A stretch of DNA of 64,000 nt, from assembly GCA_024958795.1 (NCBI GenBank), contig JANXHP010000009.1, positions 34,776-98,775 of the forward strand. The letters run 5' to 3'. A program made the position numbers and the translations under genes. Under the pieces are notes generated by a model. It was not told where the DNA came from and did not search any database. It worked only from the letters and a program-made list of their open reading frames with translations. This DNA is from Candidatus Poseidoniaceae archaeon. GTDB taxonomy: Archaea; Thermoplasmatota; Poseidoniia; Poseidoniales; Poseidoniaceae. Shown here piece after piece: positions 9,446-19,746 of the stretch. Each line of letters begins with the position of its first letter. The first letter of the stretch is position 1.

Positions 9446-11521
9446 TCATGCTGGAGTAATTGATGATGTTGCTGGTGTCAATCTATCGATTACAGCCTCT
9501 AACCGCTCTACCAAACTTGCCTTATCAGTATGCTTAACCAAGGCATGTTGCATTACTTCATCCAGAGTATCTACAGCGATAACTTCAACCATCTTTTCGA
9601 ACTCGTCATCGAGAAGAACGTCTTGCATATTGGCACGAGGAATTATCACTGTTTTGATCCCACAACGAGCTGCTGCTTCGATTTTCGCAGTTACACCGCC
9701 AATAGGAAGTACTTCTCCACGCACTGACAAAGAACCAGTCATCGCCAAGTCTTGACGGATTGGAATGTTTTCTAATGCTGAAATAACCGCTGTTGCAATA
9801 GTAATAGATGCGGAATCTCCATCAACACCATGGGTGTTAACGAATTGAATATGAATGTCATAATCAGAAACATCCTTGCCGGTTAACTTCTTGATTACTG
9901 CACTAACATTGGTTACTGATTCCTTAGCCAAATCGGATAGACCGCCGGTAGCATGTATTTTTCCACCACCACCTTGACTTGGGGTAACCAATGCCTCTAC
10001 TGGTAGCATAATGCCACTGAAGTCAGATAATCCAGAATTTGCACCTAATACTGCCAATCCATTTACTCTACCAACTCTTTCACCAGTGCTTACAATTTGT
10101 GAATAATCTAGTCTTCTTTCAATCATTCTATCTGCAACTTGTTGCTCAAGAGGTTTTGCAATCTCCCGTGCCATTAGAACATGTTCAGCAGTAGTTAATG
10201 GAGCATTTTCTTCCATTGCTAAATCTCCAGCAATACGTACAAGCCCACCTAGTTCACGAAGGCGTAAGGACAGTTTTCCACGACGACCTGCTCTTCTTTG
10301 TGCTTCTCTTAGAATAATACTAACTCCACTCTTATCGAAATGTGGAATCTCGCGAACGGTGTCAACATCTCTCAGTACTTCTTGAGCGATGAATCTGATC
10401 AAACGACGTCGGTTACGAGATGTATCTGGCATTTCAGAGTTAACATACACTTCATAGCCATATCCTCTAATTCTGCTTCGTAATGCTGGATGCATTCCTT
10501 GGATAGCATCTAAGTTACCTGCTGCAATGAGAATAAAATCACAAGGAACTGGTTCTGTCTTGGTTAGTGCACCACTAGAGCGTTCGGAACGTCCAGATAT
10601 GGAAAATGCTCTTTCCTGCATTGCAGTTAACAGAGCTTGTTGTTCTTCAAGGCGAAGTAAATTAACTTCATCAATGTAGAGAACTCCTTTGTTAGCTCTA
10701 TGAATTGCACCTGGTTCAACCCTATCATGAGCAGAAGTTTCCATTCCTCCAGATTGGAATGGGTCGTGTCGTACATCACCTAACAGTGAACCTGCCAGTG
10801 TCGCTGTTGCATCAATAAATGGAGGTGCTTCCCCTTGCTCATGCTTGACCAATAATTTTGGAATCCTACTTTCATCAACTGAACCTAGGCGGCTACGGAT
10901 AAACATGTATCCAAATGCTAACAGGAAACCACCGAATAATAGTGTCATTAAATCCCCCGATTGCAAGGCTGCAACAAATAACAGAAGACCAATTAATCCA
11001 AAAGCGAGTAGTAATACCTTTTGTGACTTAGCTTTTTGTTGGCGAATAGCTTCTTTTTGAACCTTGATTATCCTATCACCGCGACCTGCTGGTACCGAAC
11101 GAACTCTAGGCTCATTCTCGTCCTCTTCATTAGGATATACCAAAATATCTTCAAGTGAATCTGCAGGTAACAAGTCAGTCATAGATCTGGCTAACATTGA
11201 TTTTCCAGTACCTGGGTCTCCAATCATTAGCATATGTCTACGTTGTTCAGCCGCCTTTTTGATAACGATAGAACCTGCTTCTTGACCAATTACTTGGTCT
11301 ACTAATCTCTTTGGAATTGGCACTTCATCGGTTGAATTAAAATCAACGCTATCAATCCATTCCTCAATACTGGATTGCAGAACTTCATCCGCTCCTTTAG
11401 GCTCAGGCGCCCAAACAGTGACCTCTGTTTCATCAATATCAACAGCATCATTCTGTTCAAGAACAACGTCAGATGGGACCTCTTCCACAAGGTCACCTTC
11501 ACTCTCATTGTCTTCTGCCAC
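9446..11521 (-). CDS. lon: archaeal membrane-bound ATP-dependent Lon protease (LonB)
   Basis: Walker A GDPGTGKS is followed by a TM insertion inside the AAA+ module and a C-terminal Lon protease domain with a Ser-Lys dyad region (...MTGSLSVRGEVLPIGGVTAKIEAA...). Confidence 0.9.
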   Translation of the reverse strand: MAEDNESEGDLVEEVPSDVVLEQNDAVDIDETEVTVWAPEPKGADEVLQSSIEEWIDSVDFNSTDEVPIPKRLVDQVIGQEAGSIVIKKAAEQRRHMLMIGDPGTGKSMLARSMTDLLPADSLEDILVYPNEEDENEPRVRSVPAGRGDRIIKVQKEAIRQQKAKSQKVLLLAFGLIGLLLFVAALQSGDLMTLLFGGFLLAFGYMFIRSRLGSVDESRIPKLLVKHEQGEAPPFIDATATLAGSLLGDVRHDPFQSGGMETSAHDRVEPGAIHRANKGVLYIDEVNLLRLEEQQALLTAMQERAFSISGRSERSSGALTKTEPVPCDFILIAAGNLDAIQGMHPALRSRIRGYGYEVYVNSEMPDTSRNRRRLIRFIAQEVLRDVDTVREIPHFDKSGVSIILREAQRRAGRRGKLSLRLRELGGLVRIAGDLAMEENAPLTTAEHVLMAREIAKPLEQQVADRMIERRLDYSQIVSTGERVGRVNGLAVLGANSGLSDFSGIMLPVEALVTPSQGGGGKIHATGGLSDLAKESVTNVSAVIKKLTGKDVSDYDIHIQFVNTHGVDGDSASITIATAVISALENIPIRQDLAMTGSLSVRGEVLPIGGVTAKIEAAARCGIKTVIIPRANMQDVLLDDEFEKMVEVIAVDTLDEVMQHALVKHTDKASLVERLEAVIDRLTPATSSITPA

Positions 11522-11611
11522 GATATTCCCTCACATTGCTCCCCTTTAGGGGTTTAGATTTCATTAATTTCAGCGATTATTGCTATAACGACTCACTCAA
11601 AGCCTATTGAC

Positions 11612-14600
11612 TCATAGTTTACCGTCTAGGTACTGTTGCCCATAATGCTGCCATTGCTCCATTGTCCAGCCTACTGGAATTCCGGTTGCAGGAATTGGTG
11701 GTCCCATAACAGGAGCCTGTGGAATAACTGGTTGTTGAACTACTGGTTGCGGCATTGGCAGTGGCATTGGAGCAACTGGTTGCTGGAACAATTGTTGTGT
11801 TCCACCATACATAGAGTTTGCAACTAAATCATCTGAAGGTAATTCTGCACCCCATTTTATTTCTTCTTCTACTGAGTTGCCACCACGCATTAACATCAAG
11901 CCGACTAATAGTGCTGCAATTATCACAAATGCAACGATTCCAATCATCATCATCATGTTGCCACCTGTTTCACTGCTTGTTTCAGCATTGCTTTGGACTT
12001 CTTCAACTGGACAGTCTGCCCGTGGGTCTTCACAAGCAGGTCCAAGTTTAGTTTCAATTTCTACCAATCTAGCATCCAATTCAGTAGTGTCTTCAGACGA
12101 CTCTGAAATTTGTAATTCCAATTCATCTTGACTTGCTATTAGATCTGCTAAGTAATCACTGAACATGGTATCATCCATGTCCTCTGGTTCCGGCATATAC
12201 TCTGTAATGTGCCATTTGACCTTTTCAAGGACCTTGTAATCATCGCCATTGCTGTCAACACCGGCAATGGATAATTCGTAATAATCCATGTAACCAGAAC
12301 CAGATGTTCTTGCATCTTTAGTTGAATCATATGCAGATATAAGAGTTAACTCTGTAGTCCATCCAATATTAGATTTGGATACATCTAGATCGTATTCCAA
12401 AAGACCATCACAAGTTCCGGTGAGGCTATTACAGACATTCCAAGTAACTGATAGACTGGTAAAGATTGGTGAATCTTCTGTAAGCGTCATTGCTACAGTT
12501 GGTGTTTGTCCAACATATGTATCTGTGACATCGACATACATATGCCCTGAACCATCATCATCTGTTGAGATGAGGAACGGATATGCATCAAATACTTCAA
12601 CCGCTATCTCGTAGGTATTGGTATCATACTTATCTGTCGCCATTAGAGTGATTGTATGATCTCCTGTATCATCGAATAATAGAGTTAAACTATTGTCCAT
12701 CATGTTGAATCTTGCAGCACCTGGCTCACTGGAAACCACTGTGATAAATGCTTCAGTAGCATCATTATCAACATCACTAATTCTTGAACCAAGGTCGATT
12801 ACCATTTGGGTTCCTCTCTTGAGAGTGATTGATTCAATGCCATCCATGTCCAAACGAGGTGCATCGTTGATTTCTTGAACCTTGATGACTATTGTTTGGT
12901 CAGATGATTGTTCCCCATCACTTGCTCTAAGAGTTAGTGTTGTTTGACCATTGACATCATCATCAACTGTCTCAAATGATAGAATGTTACCATTGATTTG
13001 TGCAGTTATAATTTCAGGATTGGTGTTATCCATTATTTGAAGATTCAAAGTGCTTGAATCTACATGGTTACCTTCATCGTCAGTATCGGATACATATGGC
13101 ATGAGGGATAGAATATTGCTGCTACCTTCATCTACCATTTGTGTTGGAAGTCCTGCCCAACGTGGTTGTCCATTTTCAATTACATTGAATAGTAAAGTAC
13201 CGTATGGAAGCTCACCTGTTTCGGAGTAATCTCCACCATCATCCATTGTAACTTCCATTCCTTGTTGTCCAAGGGGACAGCCTTGAATTGAATCCCAATC
13301 GAACTTTACTTCAAGTTCTTGCGTTTCAGGATGCCAAGCAACGAATGCTGAATCATCGGAATCAACGATTAGTGTCGATAGATGAGATTCGGGATCGTTA
13401 ATATGTCCAGTCATGTCAACCTTGGTTGAAATATCACACATTACAGAAGGCACTGGTTCTGCAACGATTGTTGGAACACCATTAGCAAGTTTGAATCCAT
13501 CAGTTCCTGTTGAAACCTTCCATTCTCCAGCTTGACCTCTTGCATCAACTGTTCTTGAACGAATGTCATACCAACCAGCAGACATTTCAAGAATCGGTGA
13601 AATCACATATTCTCTTCCTTCGCTATTTGTACCTTCGTAAACAATTGAAGGAGATGCGTCAGAAACAATTTCTGAAATCCATTGATTAGCACCTGTCTCT
13701 GAAACTTCAACATCAAAAGTCATTGAGTGAATATCATCGATGAAATCATTGGCATCACCCTTTGCCAGTACAGAGAATTGTTCTCCACGCGCTACGACAT
13801 TGCTATCCAAAACCATCGCTTTCTTAGACAACGGGACTCTATCGTGGTTAAGTTCCTGTTGCGCTACATTGTTGGCACTATTTGTTTCATCTACCAAGTT
13901 CTTCAAACGAACACCGAATGTAGTCTTCCATGCATTTGATGGAAGAGTTGATGTGTCAAATGTTACTTGAGCAGTTTGTGTTGCCCCCATGTTTAGATTG
14001 TTTAATGAAACTGTATCAATAGCAATTTCATTTACTCCACTCTTGTAAAAGAATTCAATGTCTCCGCCTGCAGAATAATCTAGGTCGCCAACATTGCTTA
14101 TTGTAGATTCTAATGTTAGAACATCTCCTGTAACATATCCTGATGAACCTTCAGGGTTAGTAATTTGAACTGCGCCTGGAGTAATATCCATCTTTGGACC
14201 CATTGTGGAATCTATTGCATGGTAAACATGTGCTGAAGTACCACCTACTGAAACAGTGTTACCGGACATCAAGACTCCGATTACAATCGCTTTTGAAAGG
14301 CCACCAGGAACTACTGCCGTTGGTACTGTTGACCATGTAACAGATTGTGAAGTACCTGTAGGAGTAACACTTGCGAAGGAAGTTCCTGTACCTGAGTTCT
14401 TGGATTTGTATGTATCACCCGAGGTTAACCAACCCATCCAGCAATTCCAACCATGTGGAATTCCACTTGTGTAAGCATATCCAGTACAATCTTTGTCAAC
14501 AAGAGCTGCGTATAGTTTCATATTACTGGCTGCAGTCCCAGATCCAGTGTATTTGTATGAAATATCGATATCATAAGTTGCTCCACTTTGACTAATGGAT

Positions 14601-15100
14601 GCACTCATTCCGTAATCGTTAGTGGCAGAATTCATTCCGCCCCCACTTGAAAATTCATTGTCATATGTATCATAGTTGGCTGAAGCACCACCTTGGTTAT
14701 GGTCAGTACGGTCACCGAAGTAAGCATCAGGTGCTCCCCCTGTTGACCATGCCCAATTGTATGGTGCAACATTTCCTGCACGTGCAGTATCTGTATCGCC
14801 GTATGAGACGGACATGTAAGTGACGTAGACATATTCATCTGGGAAATTTGTCTTCAAAAGATGGTGGGTATCTGAACCTCCACCAGTCTTTGAACAGTGT
14901 CCACAGTTATCTGAAGAAATATATTGCCCAAAGACAACATGCCCTGGACTTGTTGCTGATGAAGGGTATTTAATTATTGGTTCATCTTCAAGGATTTGCT
15001 CTGATTCAAAGGCATTTAATTCTGAAGTGAATCCAAGGGATAAACTACCTAAAAACAGTGCTACGATAGTTAGGGCTAGGAGACGCGCTGGCATACTCAT
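11612..15100 (-). CDS. large type-I membrane surface protein (1162 aa)
   Basis: N-terminal signal peptide with hydrophobic core LLALTIVALFLGSLSLG and a beta-rich S/T/G/D ectodomain. TM helix IGIVAFVIIAALLVGLMLM sits about 90 aa from the C-terminus. The tail is Pro/Gln-rich and ends ...GWTMEQWQHYGQQYLDGKL. Confidence 0.7.
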   Translation of the reverse strand: MSMPARLLALTIVALFLGSLSLGFTSELNAFESEQILEDEPIIKYPSSATSPGHVVFGQYISSDNCGHCSKTGGGSDTHHLLKTNFPDEYVYVTYMSVSYGDTDTARAGNVAPYNWAWSTGGAPDAYFGDRTDHNQGGASANYDTYDNEFSSGGGMNSATNDYGMSASISQSGATYDIDISYKYTGSGTAASNMKLYAALVDKDCTGYAYTSGIPHGWNCWMGWLTSGDTYKSKNSGTGTSFASVTPTGTSQSVTWSTVPTAVVPGGLSKAIVIGVLMSGNTVSVGGTSAHVYHAIDSTMGPKMDITPGAVQITNPEGSSGYVTGDVLTLESTISNVGDLDYSAGGDIEFFYKSGVNEIAIDTVSLNNLNMGATQTAQVTFDTSTLPSNAWKTTFGVRLKNLVDETNSANNVAQQELNHDRVPLSKKAMVLDSNVVARGEQFSVLAKGDANDFIDDIHSMTFDVEVSETGANQWISEIVSDASPSIVYEGTNSEGREYVISPILEMSAGWYDIRSRTVDARGQAGEWKVSTGTDGFKLANGVPTIVAEPVPSVMCDISTKVDMTGHINDPESHLSTLIVDSDDSAFVAWHPETQELEVKFDWDSIQGCPLGQQGMEVTMDDGGDYSETGELPYGTLLFNVIENGQPRWAGLPTQMVDEGSSNILSLMPYVSDTDDEGNHVDSSTLNLQIMDNTNPEIITAQINGNILSFETVDDDVNGQTTLTLRASDGEQSSDQTIVIKVQEINDAPRLDMDGIESITLKRGTQMVIDLGSRISDVDNDATEAFITVVSSEPGAARFNMMDNSLTLLFDDTGDHTITLMATDKYDTNTYEIAVEVFDAYPFLISTDDDGSGHMYVDVTDTYVGQTPTVAMTLTEDSPIFTSLSVTWNVCNSLTGTCDGLLEYDLDVSKSNIGWTTELTLISAYDSTKDARTSGSGYMDYYELSIAGVDSNGDDYKVLEKVKWHITEYMPEPEDMDDTMFSDYLADLIASQDELELQISESSEDTTELDARLVEIETKLGPACEDPRADCPVEEVQSNAETSSETGGNMMMMIGIVAFVIIAALLVGLMLMRGGNSVEEEIKWGAELPSDDLVANSMYGGTQQLFQQPVAPMPLPMPQPVVQQPVIPQAPVMGPPIPATGIPVGWTMEQWQHYGQQYLDGKL

Positions 15101-15300
15101 GGCTATCCGTCTATCTAGACGGTATTTTAAAGCGTCGCATCAATGTCATTATTTATTAATGCCTATGATATGAATCTTTTATGAAAAATGTAACTTAGTA
15201 TAGCATTTGTAATAATATTTTCATTACTCCATCATATTATTCAAAAATTGATGTTATCCTAAGCGGAATTGTTGTAATGTGATGCTGTCTCGCAGTAACA

Positions 15301-16089
15301 ATGGATGACAATAATTGGGTAGTTCTTAGTGAACCAGAAGGGAAAATCTATGTTGTGGAATTAACCGATGGTGTTACAAAAATAAAGGGCATTGGAGTAA
15401 TAGATACAAAGGCCACTTTGGGTGAAATGATGATTGGTGATTCAGTTCAACTAGGCAACAAATCATTCACAAGAGTAGCCCCCCGATTACCTGAATTGAA
15501 TAAGGGAATGAAAAGAAGAGCGCAAACAATTTCTGCTAAAGATGCAGGTTTTTTCATCGCAAAACTAGGCATTGGTCCTGGTGATCGAGTCTTGGAAGCC
15601 GGTCTTGGTAGTGCTGGACTTTCTATGCATATTGCCCGTTCATTAGGTGACTCTGGGATTCATGTTACTGTTGAGCCTCGTACTGAACATGCTGATGTTG
15701 GCCTTGAGAATTTGCGAAGGGCAAAGGAAATGTGGACACAATTCCCAACCCATCATCATGTTGAAGGATTCATTGAAGAAGTGGTAGATGATATCAAACC
15801 GCATAGTGAATCATTTGATGCTATTATCCTTGATTTGCCGCAGCATGCACCTGCAATTGATGCGGTTGCACCTATGTTATCACTCGGTGGTAGAATTGCT
15901 TGTTACTGCCCTGTTACCAGTCAAGTTGAATCCGCTTGGAAGGCATGTGAAGATGCTGGATTGGAAGTTGAATGGGCTGGAGAATTGATGGAGCGAAAAT
16001 GGGGTATGGCAAGCAAAGGTGGAATGCGTCCAGTCAATGGAGCATTTGGACATACTGCGTTTCTTCTAATTGCGTATAGAAAACAATGA
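15301..16089 (+). CDS. trmI: tRNA (adenine57/58-N1)-methyltransferase TrmI (Gcd14 family)
   Basis: An N-terminal beta domain is followed by a SAM-binding Rossmann motif (RVLEAGLGSAGLS) and the conserved D-x-P region. Confidence 0.6.
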   Translation: MDDNNWVVLSEPEGKIYVVELTDGVTKIKGIGVIDTKATLGEMMIGDSVQLGNKSFTRVAPRLPELNKGMKRRAQTISAKDAGFFIAKLGIGPGDRVLEAGLGSAGLSMHIARSLGDSGIHVTVEPRTEHADVGLENLRRAKEMWTQFPTHHHVEGFIEEVVDDIKPHSESFDAIILDLPQHAPAIDAVAPMLSLGGRIACYCPVTSQVESAWKACEDAGLEVEWAGELMERKWGMASKGGMRPVNGAFGHTAFLLIAYRKQ

Positions 16090-16109
16090 AGTTGATGGAT
16101 TTCAACAAA

Positions 16110-19100
16110 TCATTCGATAACTCTGATTTTGTTATCGCATGAAGGACAACTAAATCGGAACGGAGGTGTTGAGCCACGTGGTACACCCAATCTACTATCG
16201 CAACTTGGACAGGATACTTTGTTATCATCGCTCATCCTACATTCATTGTAGCCAAGTTCATCTTCTACCTCATCCTCTTCTTCCTCCTCTTCTTCAGTAG
16301 TTGCTAATTCATCATTTGATGAGGAATTTTTTCTTGTCATTCTAACAACTACCACAAGGAGAATTGCGATTATCCAACCTGCTGCCATCGCATTGATACT
16401 AGCACTATTACTCATCGAAAGACCGAGTGGTAGAGAAATACCGGAAGGTGGTAATTGTGGACCTTCTATGTCCACAGTGAAGGTTGCTGAATCATCTGAA
16501 GTAGTGCTTGAGCCTACTTGACTAATTGACCTAATGGTTAATTCTGCATGGTTCTCTGTGCTGACCAGTGAGTTGAATTGAACCGAAAAATCAGCTGATT
16601 GACCCGGCCCTAATACATATTCAGTGGTATTTACTAGATCTGCCATTCGTTGCCATTCAATGGAGAATAATCCATCACCCATTCCAATAACTGATAAGTT
16701 TCCTGTTACGTCTGAATTTGCTAGATTTGATAAGGTAAGAATCATACTAGAACCGCCAGAATTTGGAACGGTTAATTCTGTGTGTTCAATGGAGATAAAT
16801 ATCACTCCATCACTACCCCATACTGGCTCAACAGTATACACTTCAGCAACCTCTTCAAGGAAAGTTGTTCTAGCACTAGAGGTCACTCTAAATTTGAAGT
16901 GAGAAGTTCCTGCTGCAGCATTGTCTGGAATTACACAGGCCCAAGTAATCGCTTGACTTGATGCTCCTGCATCCAAGCTTAATAATTCTGAAACTCCGCA
17001 ATCAAAATCACCTACAGTAGTCAACAATAGATTATCTAAACCGGTTCCACTATTGGTGACGATAACACTACCATGTATTGTATCTCCTGGCTTTCCACTA
17101 TCATCATCAGAAATCACTGTTATTGTCGCACCTGCTTGTAATGACTCTATCGTTAGATTCATGGAATCCATTACAGATGTGTCAGAAGATGAAGATACTA
17201 CCAAGGAAATTACTACTCCTGCGGCAGGTGCACCGGAAGCGGCTTCCCTAACACCAAGAGTGATTCCCGAAGATTCACCAGCAGTCAAACTTACAGATGT
17301 AGAAGACAATACAAATTCAAACCATTGTGATGCTCCATTATCTTGTAATGTGATGTGTAATGTGTCTGTTGTTGTTCCAAGGTTTGTCACATCAAATGTC
17401 AATTCAGCACCTGGGATTGGACCTGCAACCAGTCGTCCAGTTGTACCTGATAGCAAAACTTCTACCTTTTGTGAAATCTGTAAATCAAGAGAGAGGCTAG
17501 CTGAAGTACCATTTCCTCCATAGGCAAATGTCAGCAAATGTGAACCTGCATTAGCACTTGAAAGCATAGTTACTGTAAGGTTTACTTGGACACTTTGACC
17601 AGCTTCTATCAGTAAATTAGAATGACTCAATTCAACCTCAGCACCTGCTGGTAATCCGAGAAGAGATGCTACCAAAGAGAGGTTCTGTGTGCCCGTGTTC
17701 ACCAATTGTGCAGATATTGTAGACGACTGACCAGGTTTCACTGAAATTCTCCCATCTAATGGACCATTCATCTCAAGAGAAGCAATCGGTTGAACGTCTA
17801 CGCTAAGATTTGCTGAAACTGTTTGTCCTGAATATGTAATTGAAAATTCTTGCTCAATCATACCCAGTTGGCCAATGTCAGCATCGGTTGATACTGTCCA
17901 AATTCCTACTTGGCCTGATCCTACTAACACTCCAGTGGCTGAAGTAATCGATGTTGTTAATCCATCATTACTTGCAACATCCAAATAAAATGTGACTGCT
18001 TCAGAACCGGTATTGTTTGCTCTAATTTCATACTGCTGTGGGGAACCTGGAGTTATTGATATTACTCCATTCGGAAGAACCATTGAAAATTCAACAAATT
18101 CATCTACCTCGATTGAGAAAGAAAATGTTCCCGCTGTAATTGTTAGATCGTTATCAATATCTGTTTCTGCACTAATAGTAAAGTCACATGCGTCTGAAGC
18201 CGTAGCATTTTCTCCGACAACAACTTGCACATCAATATCCTTGGCTTCACCTGAAACAAAATCTTGTGCTGTAGAGTCTATTATTGATGCAGTACAAGGG
18301 CCAGCATCAACATTTAACATCATTGAATAATTTTGCTGACCATTGCCAAGATTTGTTGCTTGAATTGTTGTATTTGTTGCTGCTGCTGCAAAGAAATCTT
18401 GATCTTGTGATAAGAATGCAAAAGAAACCTCATACTCTTCAGTCACTTCAACTACGAGTAATGTCGATGAAGAAATATTTCCTTCTGTCGAGGCAATGTA
18501 GAGTCTAAATCCGTAATAATCCGGTTCAGCATCTATTGGAACTTCAATTTGCAATAATGATTGGATTGAGGTTCCTGCAGCGATATTGCTTAACTCATCA
18601 GTCTGCCAAAATACATTCCAATTTGCCGGCAGGTTACCACCAAGGCCGTTTGGTTGTATTGAATCAGTGCCATTTCCAGTTCCATTTCCAGTACCATTGC
18701 CTGTGCCATTTCCAGTTCCATTTCCTGATGAACCGCTACTACAGCCGATTATCAAGTACAAACAAAGTTGTATTGAATTAGAATCAATTGCAGTTCCATT
18801 GCTAGACAATGTTCCAGTCATGGTGATATTTCCAATGGCTATTGGTAGCCATGTTGTTGAAAGATTTACCAAAGATACTGTTCCGTTTTGTGTATCATTC
18901 CAAGACCATACTTGTGTTCCTAAGTCATCTTCTGCTACCACTTCTAATAGATAAGATACATTTGATTCAAGTGGACTTATCTCAACACTTACATTCATTG
19001 CACCATTGGTTAAATCATAGGAAGTTCCATTGACTGGTTGCGTGAACATTAGAGTTTCATTGCCGCTTGCCTCATCCCATGGTTCTACGACTACAGTTTG

Positions 19101-19682
19101 ATTTTGCCACCAAGTAGCCAAATCAGGTTCATACTCAACATCAAGAAGGAAGGTGTCTTCAACAGAACCATAATTCCAAGCATTAAATGTCAAATTAGAG
19201 ATCTCACCCTGCTCAAAGGAAACTCCTCCGGACCAGTTATTTTCTAATGCAGGCTCATACGATGGTGCAACAGAAACAAAAACAGTGATTGTTGATGAAA
19301 TATTTTCATCTGGTTCTGTTACAATAATGTCAAATGAACCACTATCACTAGGAGTTCCACCTTCTCCAAGTCTAACAATAATAGTAGTATTTTTTGACCA
19401 AGTTGGAAACACATTTTCAACAACATCTTCGCTAGCAATTATTTCCCAAACCGAAGATAGCGCTGCTGAATCAATTGTTACATTATAGGATTCAATAGAT
19501 GTACCGTTATTGTTTATGTTGAGAGTGACATTGCTGGATTGGCCGTCGCTGAGGATAACATGTGCGACATCAGTTGATAGGTTAATTCCATCATCTGCAG
19601 TGGCTGAAAAGGCCAACGGAGTTATACTTGCAGTAAGTAATACGACAACAAGGACCACAGCACGGATTGATTGTGACGACAT
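16110..19682 (-). CDS. large type-I membrane surface protein (1190 aa)
   Basis: Signal peptide with hydrophobic core AVVLVVVLLTASITPLAFSA. Dense N-x-S/T sequons including a (GNGT)5 tract. TM helix WIIAILLVVVV sits near the C-terminus. The tail has an acidic run (EEEEEEEDEVEDE) followed by CPSC...CPSC, a cytoplasmic C4 zinc ribbon. Confidence 0.7.
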   Translation of the reverse strand: MSSQSIRAVVLVVVLLTASITPLAFSATADDGINLSTDVAHVILSDGQSSNVTLNINNNGTSIESYNVTIDSAALSSVWEIIASEDVVENVFPTWSKNTTIIVRLGEGGTPSDSGSFDIIVTEPDENISSTITVFVSVAPSYEPALENNWSGGVSFEQGEISNLTFNAWNYGSVEDTFLLDVEYEPDLATWWQNQTVVVEPWDEASGNETLMFTQPVNGTSYDLTNGAMNVSVEISPLESNVSYLLEVVAEDDLGTQVWSWNDTQNGTVSLVNLSTTWLPIAIGNITMTGTLSSNGTAIDSNSIQLCLYLIIGCSSGSSGNGTGNGTGNGTGNGTGNGTDSIQPNGLGGNLPANWNVFWQTDELSNIAAGTSIQSLLQIEVPIDAEPDYYGFRLYIASTEGNISSSTLLVVEVTEEYEVSFAFLSQDQDFFAAAATNTTIQATNLGNGQQNYSMMLNVDAGPCTASIIDSTAQDFVSGEAKDIDVQVVVGENATASDACDFTISAETDIDNDLTITAGTFSFSIEVDEFVEFSMVLPNGVISITPGSPQQYEIRANNTGSEAVTFYLDVASNDGLTTSITSATGVLVGSGQVGIWTVSTDADIGQLGMIEQEFSITYSGQTVSANLSVDVQPIASLEMNGPLDGRISVKPGQSSTISAQLVNTGTQNLSLVASLLGLPAGAEVELSHSNLLIEAGQSVQVNLTVTMLSSANAGSHLLTFAYGGNGTSASLSLDLQISQKVEVLLSGTTGRLVAGPIPGAELTFDVTNLGTTTDTLHITLQDNGASQWFEFVLSSTSVSLTAGESSGITLGVREAASGAPAAGVVISLVVSSSSDTSVMDSMNLTIESLQAGATITVISDDDSGKPGDTIHGSVIVTNSGTGLDNLLLTTVGDFDCGVSELLSLDAGASSQAITWACVIPDNAAAGTSHFKFRVTSSARTTFLEEVAEVYTVEPVWGSDGVIFISIEHTELTVPNSGGSSMILTLSNLANSDVTGNLSVIGMGDGLFSIEWQRMADLVNTTEYVLGPGQSADFSVQFNSLVSTENHAELTIRSISQVGSSTTSDDSATFTVDIEGPQLPPSGISLPLGLSMSNSASINAMAAGWIIAILLVVVVRMTRKNSSSNDELATTEEEEEEEDEVEDELGYNECRMSDDNKVSCPSCDSRLGVPRGSTPPFRFSCPSCDNKIRVIE
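18668..18725 (-). repeat. 12-bp tandem repeat (ggaaatggaact-like, about 5 units) encoding (GNGT)5 inside the surface-protein gene
   Basis: Direct reading shows ccatttccagttccatttccagtaccattgcctgtgccatttccagttccatttcc. Confidence 0.8.
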
Positions 19683-19723
19683 AGGACCAAATCAAGCGGA
19701 GTGTCTATCCCACTTGAGGGGTT

Positions 19724-19738
19724 CGGCCCTTAGGGCCG
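19724..19738 (-). terminator. perfect 6-bp GC hairpin (CGGCCC-tta-GGGCCG) immediately downstream of metK
   Basis: Inverted repeat read directly. It lies in the 64-bp gap between the metK stop and the upstream surface-protein gene start. Confidence 0.3.
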
Positions 19739-19746
19739 GTTGAGAC

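Noticed and set aside
11612-15100. Tentative protease or enzyme assignment for the N-terminal region of the 1162-aa surface protein (CGHCSKTGGGSDTHH)
   Set aside because: There is no complete catalytic motif of any peptidase clan that I can recognise. It is left as a surface protein of unknown function.
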